From Nitrospirales bacterium (GTDB lineage Bacteria > Nitrospirota > Nitrospiria > Nitrospirales > UBA8639): a stretch of 64,000 nt of DNA. Below the pieces are notes generated by a model, which did no database searches, was not told the DNA's origin, and was given only the letters and a program-made list of their open reading frames with translations. A program made the translations under genes and the position numbers. The stretch is from contig CBDBCZ010000008.1 in NCBI GenBank assembly GCA_965203295.1, positions 64,001 to 128,000 on the forward strand. The letters are read 5' to 3'. Shown piece by piece: positions 62,937 through 64,000 of the stretch (positions are counted from its first letter, which is position 1; every line of letters begins with the position of its first letter).

Positions 62937-63010
62937 GGACCCAGCTGGGGATTGAACCCAGGACCTTCTGAATACTAGTCAGATGCTCTTACCAATTGAG
63001 CTACTGGAGC
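62937..63010 (-). tRNA. tRNA-Thr(AGT)-like sequence: tRNA gene, pseudogene or tRNA-derived SINE head
   Basis: On the minus strand: D stem gctc/gagc, anticodon stem tctga/tcaga with loop CT-AGT-AT, T stem ctggg/cccag with loop TTCAATC. The acceptor stem has one mismatch, and a poly-C tract follows instead of a T terminator. Confidence 0.55.
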
Positions 63011-63659
63011 CCCTTGGCCTTGGCAGAGGAGCAGTAGGCAAGCTTTATATAGCCACTAAACCTGCTGGTAGCACTTGCCAGTAGGACCCAGCCAATTCCA
63101 ACTGTAATTACTCTCTCATTAGGCCTCTCCCTCCATCTCCTTAACACGATAAACGTGGTCTATAATATCCGTGCCAGTACATACCCTAGTCTCGTTTCCC
63201 GCACTCGACGGGGCATGCCTGGAGGGACTGGGAACAAGACTAGTTTGTACTCTAGTCTCGTGAGCCAGCCCACTTTGTTCCTCAGCACTGATCGCTTTCA
63301 GTATCGACACGGAGTTAAGTTTCCATATGCCGGATACTGAAAGCGATTAGTGCTGCAGAAATAAGTGAGCTGGTTCACAAGACTATATGTATCCTGGCCT
63401 TCCACTGAGACTTCTCCCATAGCCGTTGAGAAAAATTGGTTGTGAGATAAAATCTGGGTGTGAGGTTATTAAACATGTACCCATGTGTCTTTATAGTTAA
63501 CCCTACAATAACTTATCTGCTACTATTAGCTGTTTAAATAGTCTCGTAGTTCCTCTAACTGAAGAACAATATAAACATAATTATGACTATTCCATTTAAT
63601 TGGCAAAGTCATTGACTGGTTATTGACTGTACTGTACTCTGGACATGCAGTAGTGTAGG

Positions 63660-63761
63660 TAGTCTCGGCCCCAGACCCTCCCTGCTTTCTCAAAAAAAAA
63701 CGGAAGGCACTTTCCTTCCGTTTTTTTTTATGAGTGCAGGGAGGGTCTGGGGCCGAGACTA
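63660..63761. mobile_element. TAG...CTA fold-back MITE (AcademH-type) with 9-bp TSD
   Basis: tagtgtagg|tagtctcggccccagaccctccctgc ... gcagggagggtctggggccgagacta|tagtgtagg. Confidence 0.8.
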
Positions 63762-64000
63762 TAGTGTAGGTAGCCTTTGGATTAACATAAATTCACGTAA
63801 AGATGGACTATCGATTGACTTGCCTGTTTTGATGCAGTGAGTCGCATGTACAGTTGATATTCTGGAGAGTGCACACTCCACTGTCTCATGAAGATAGCAA
63901 AGATAATTTTTATCGTATTCCCTTCTCTCTTCCCCCTCCCCCTCTCCTTCCCCTCCCCTCTCTCTCCCCTCAGCGTGTGAGTCTAGCAATCCAGTGGGTA

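Overview
Eukaryotic, intron-containing animal DNA. The repeat content and gene style suggest a sponge or another non-bilaterian invertebrate, but this is inference only. Two conserved genes flank the window: a partial 11-exon SCPEP1/RISC-like serine carboxypeptidase (135-9514, +) and DJ-1/PARK7 (60812-62095, -). Between them lies an array of eight paralogous single-pass membrane receptor genes (R1-R8) plus one gene remnant. All eight share one plan: a signal-peptide exon (phase 1), one ~1.35-kb exon encoding a ~400-aa Cys-patterned beta-rich ectodomain, stalk and TM helix (phase 2), then 1-3 exons encoding a disordered tail, most with Tyr and TRAF-type short motifs. I do not recognise the ectodomain family. 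The main observation is that R5-R8 form a complete 2x2 set of two ectodomains and two TM/tail modules (A-X, A-Y, B-X, B-Y), joined through a shared ~273-bp segment. This resembles paired receptors shaped by gene conversion or domain shuffling. R2 and R3 are head-to-head across a 221-bp spacer carrying three abutting NF-kappaB-type sites. Together these point to a candidate diversifying innate-immune or allorecognition receptor locus. The array is heavily invaded by transposons: two decayed ISL2EU (PHIS) elements (one with triple nesting), Helitron-like, AcademH-like, hAT-like and pogo-like non-autonomous elements, and a truncated LINE. Exon boundaries were read by eye and need transcript support.
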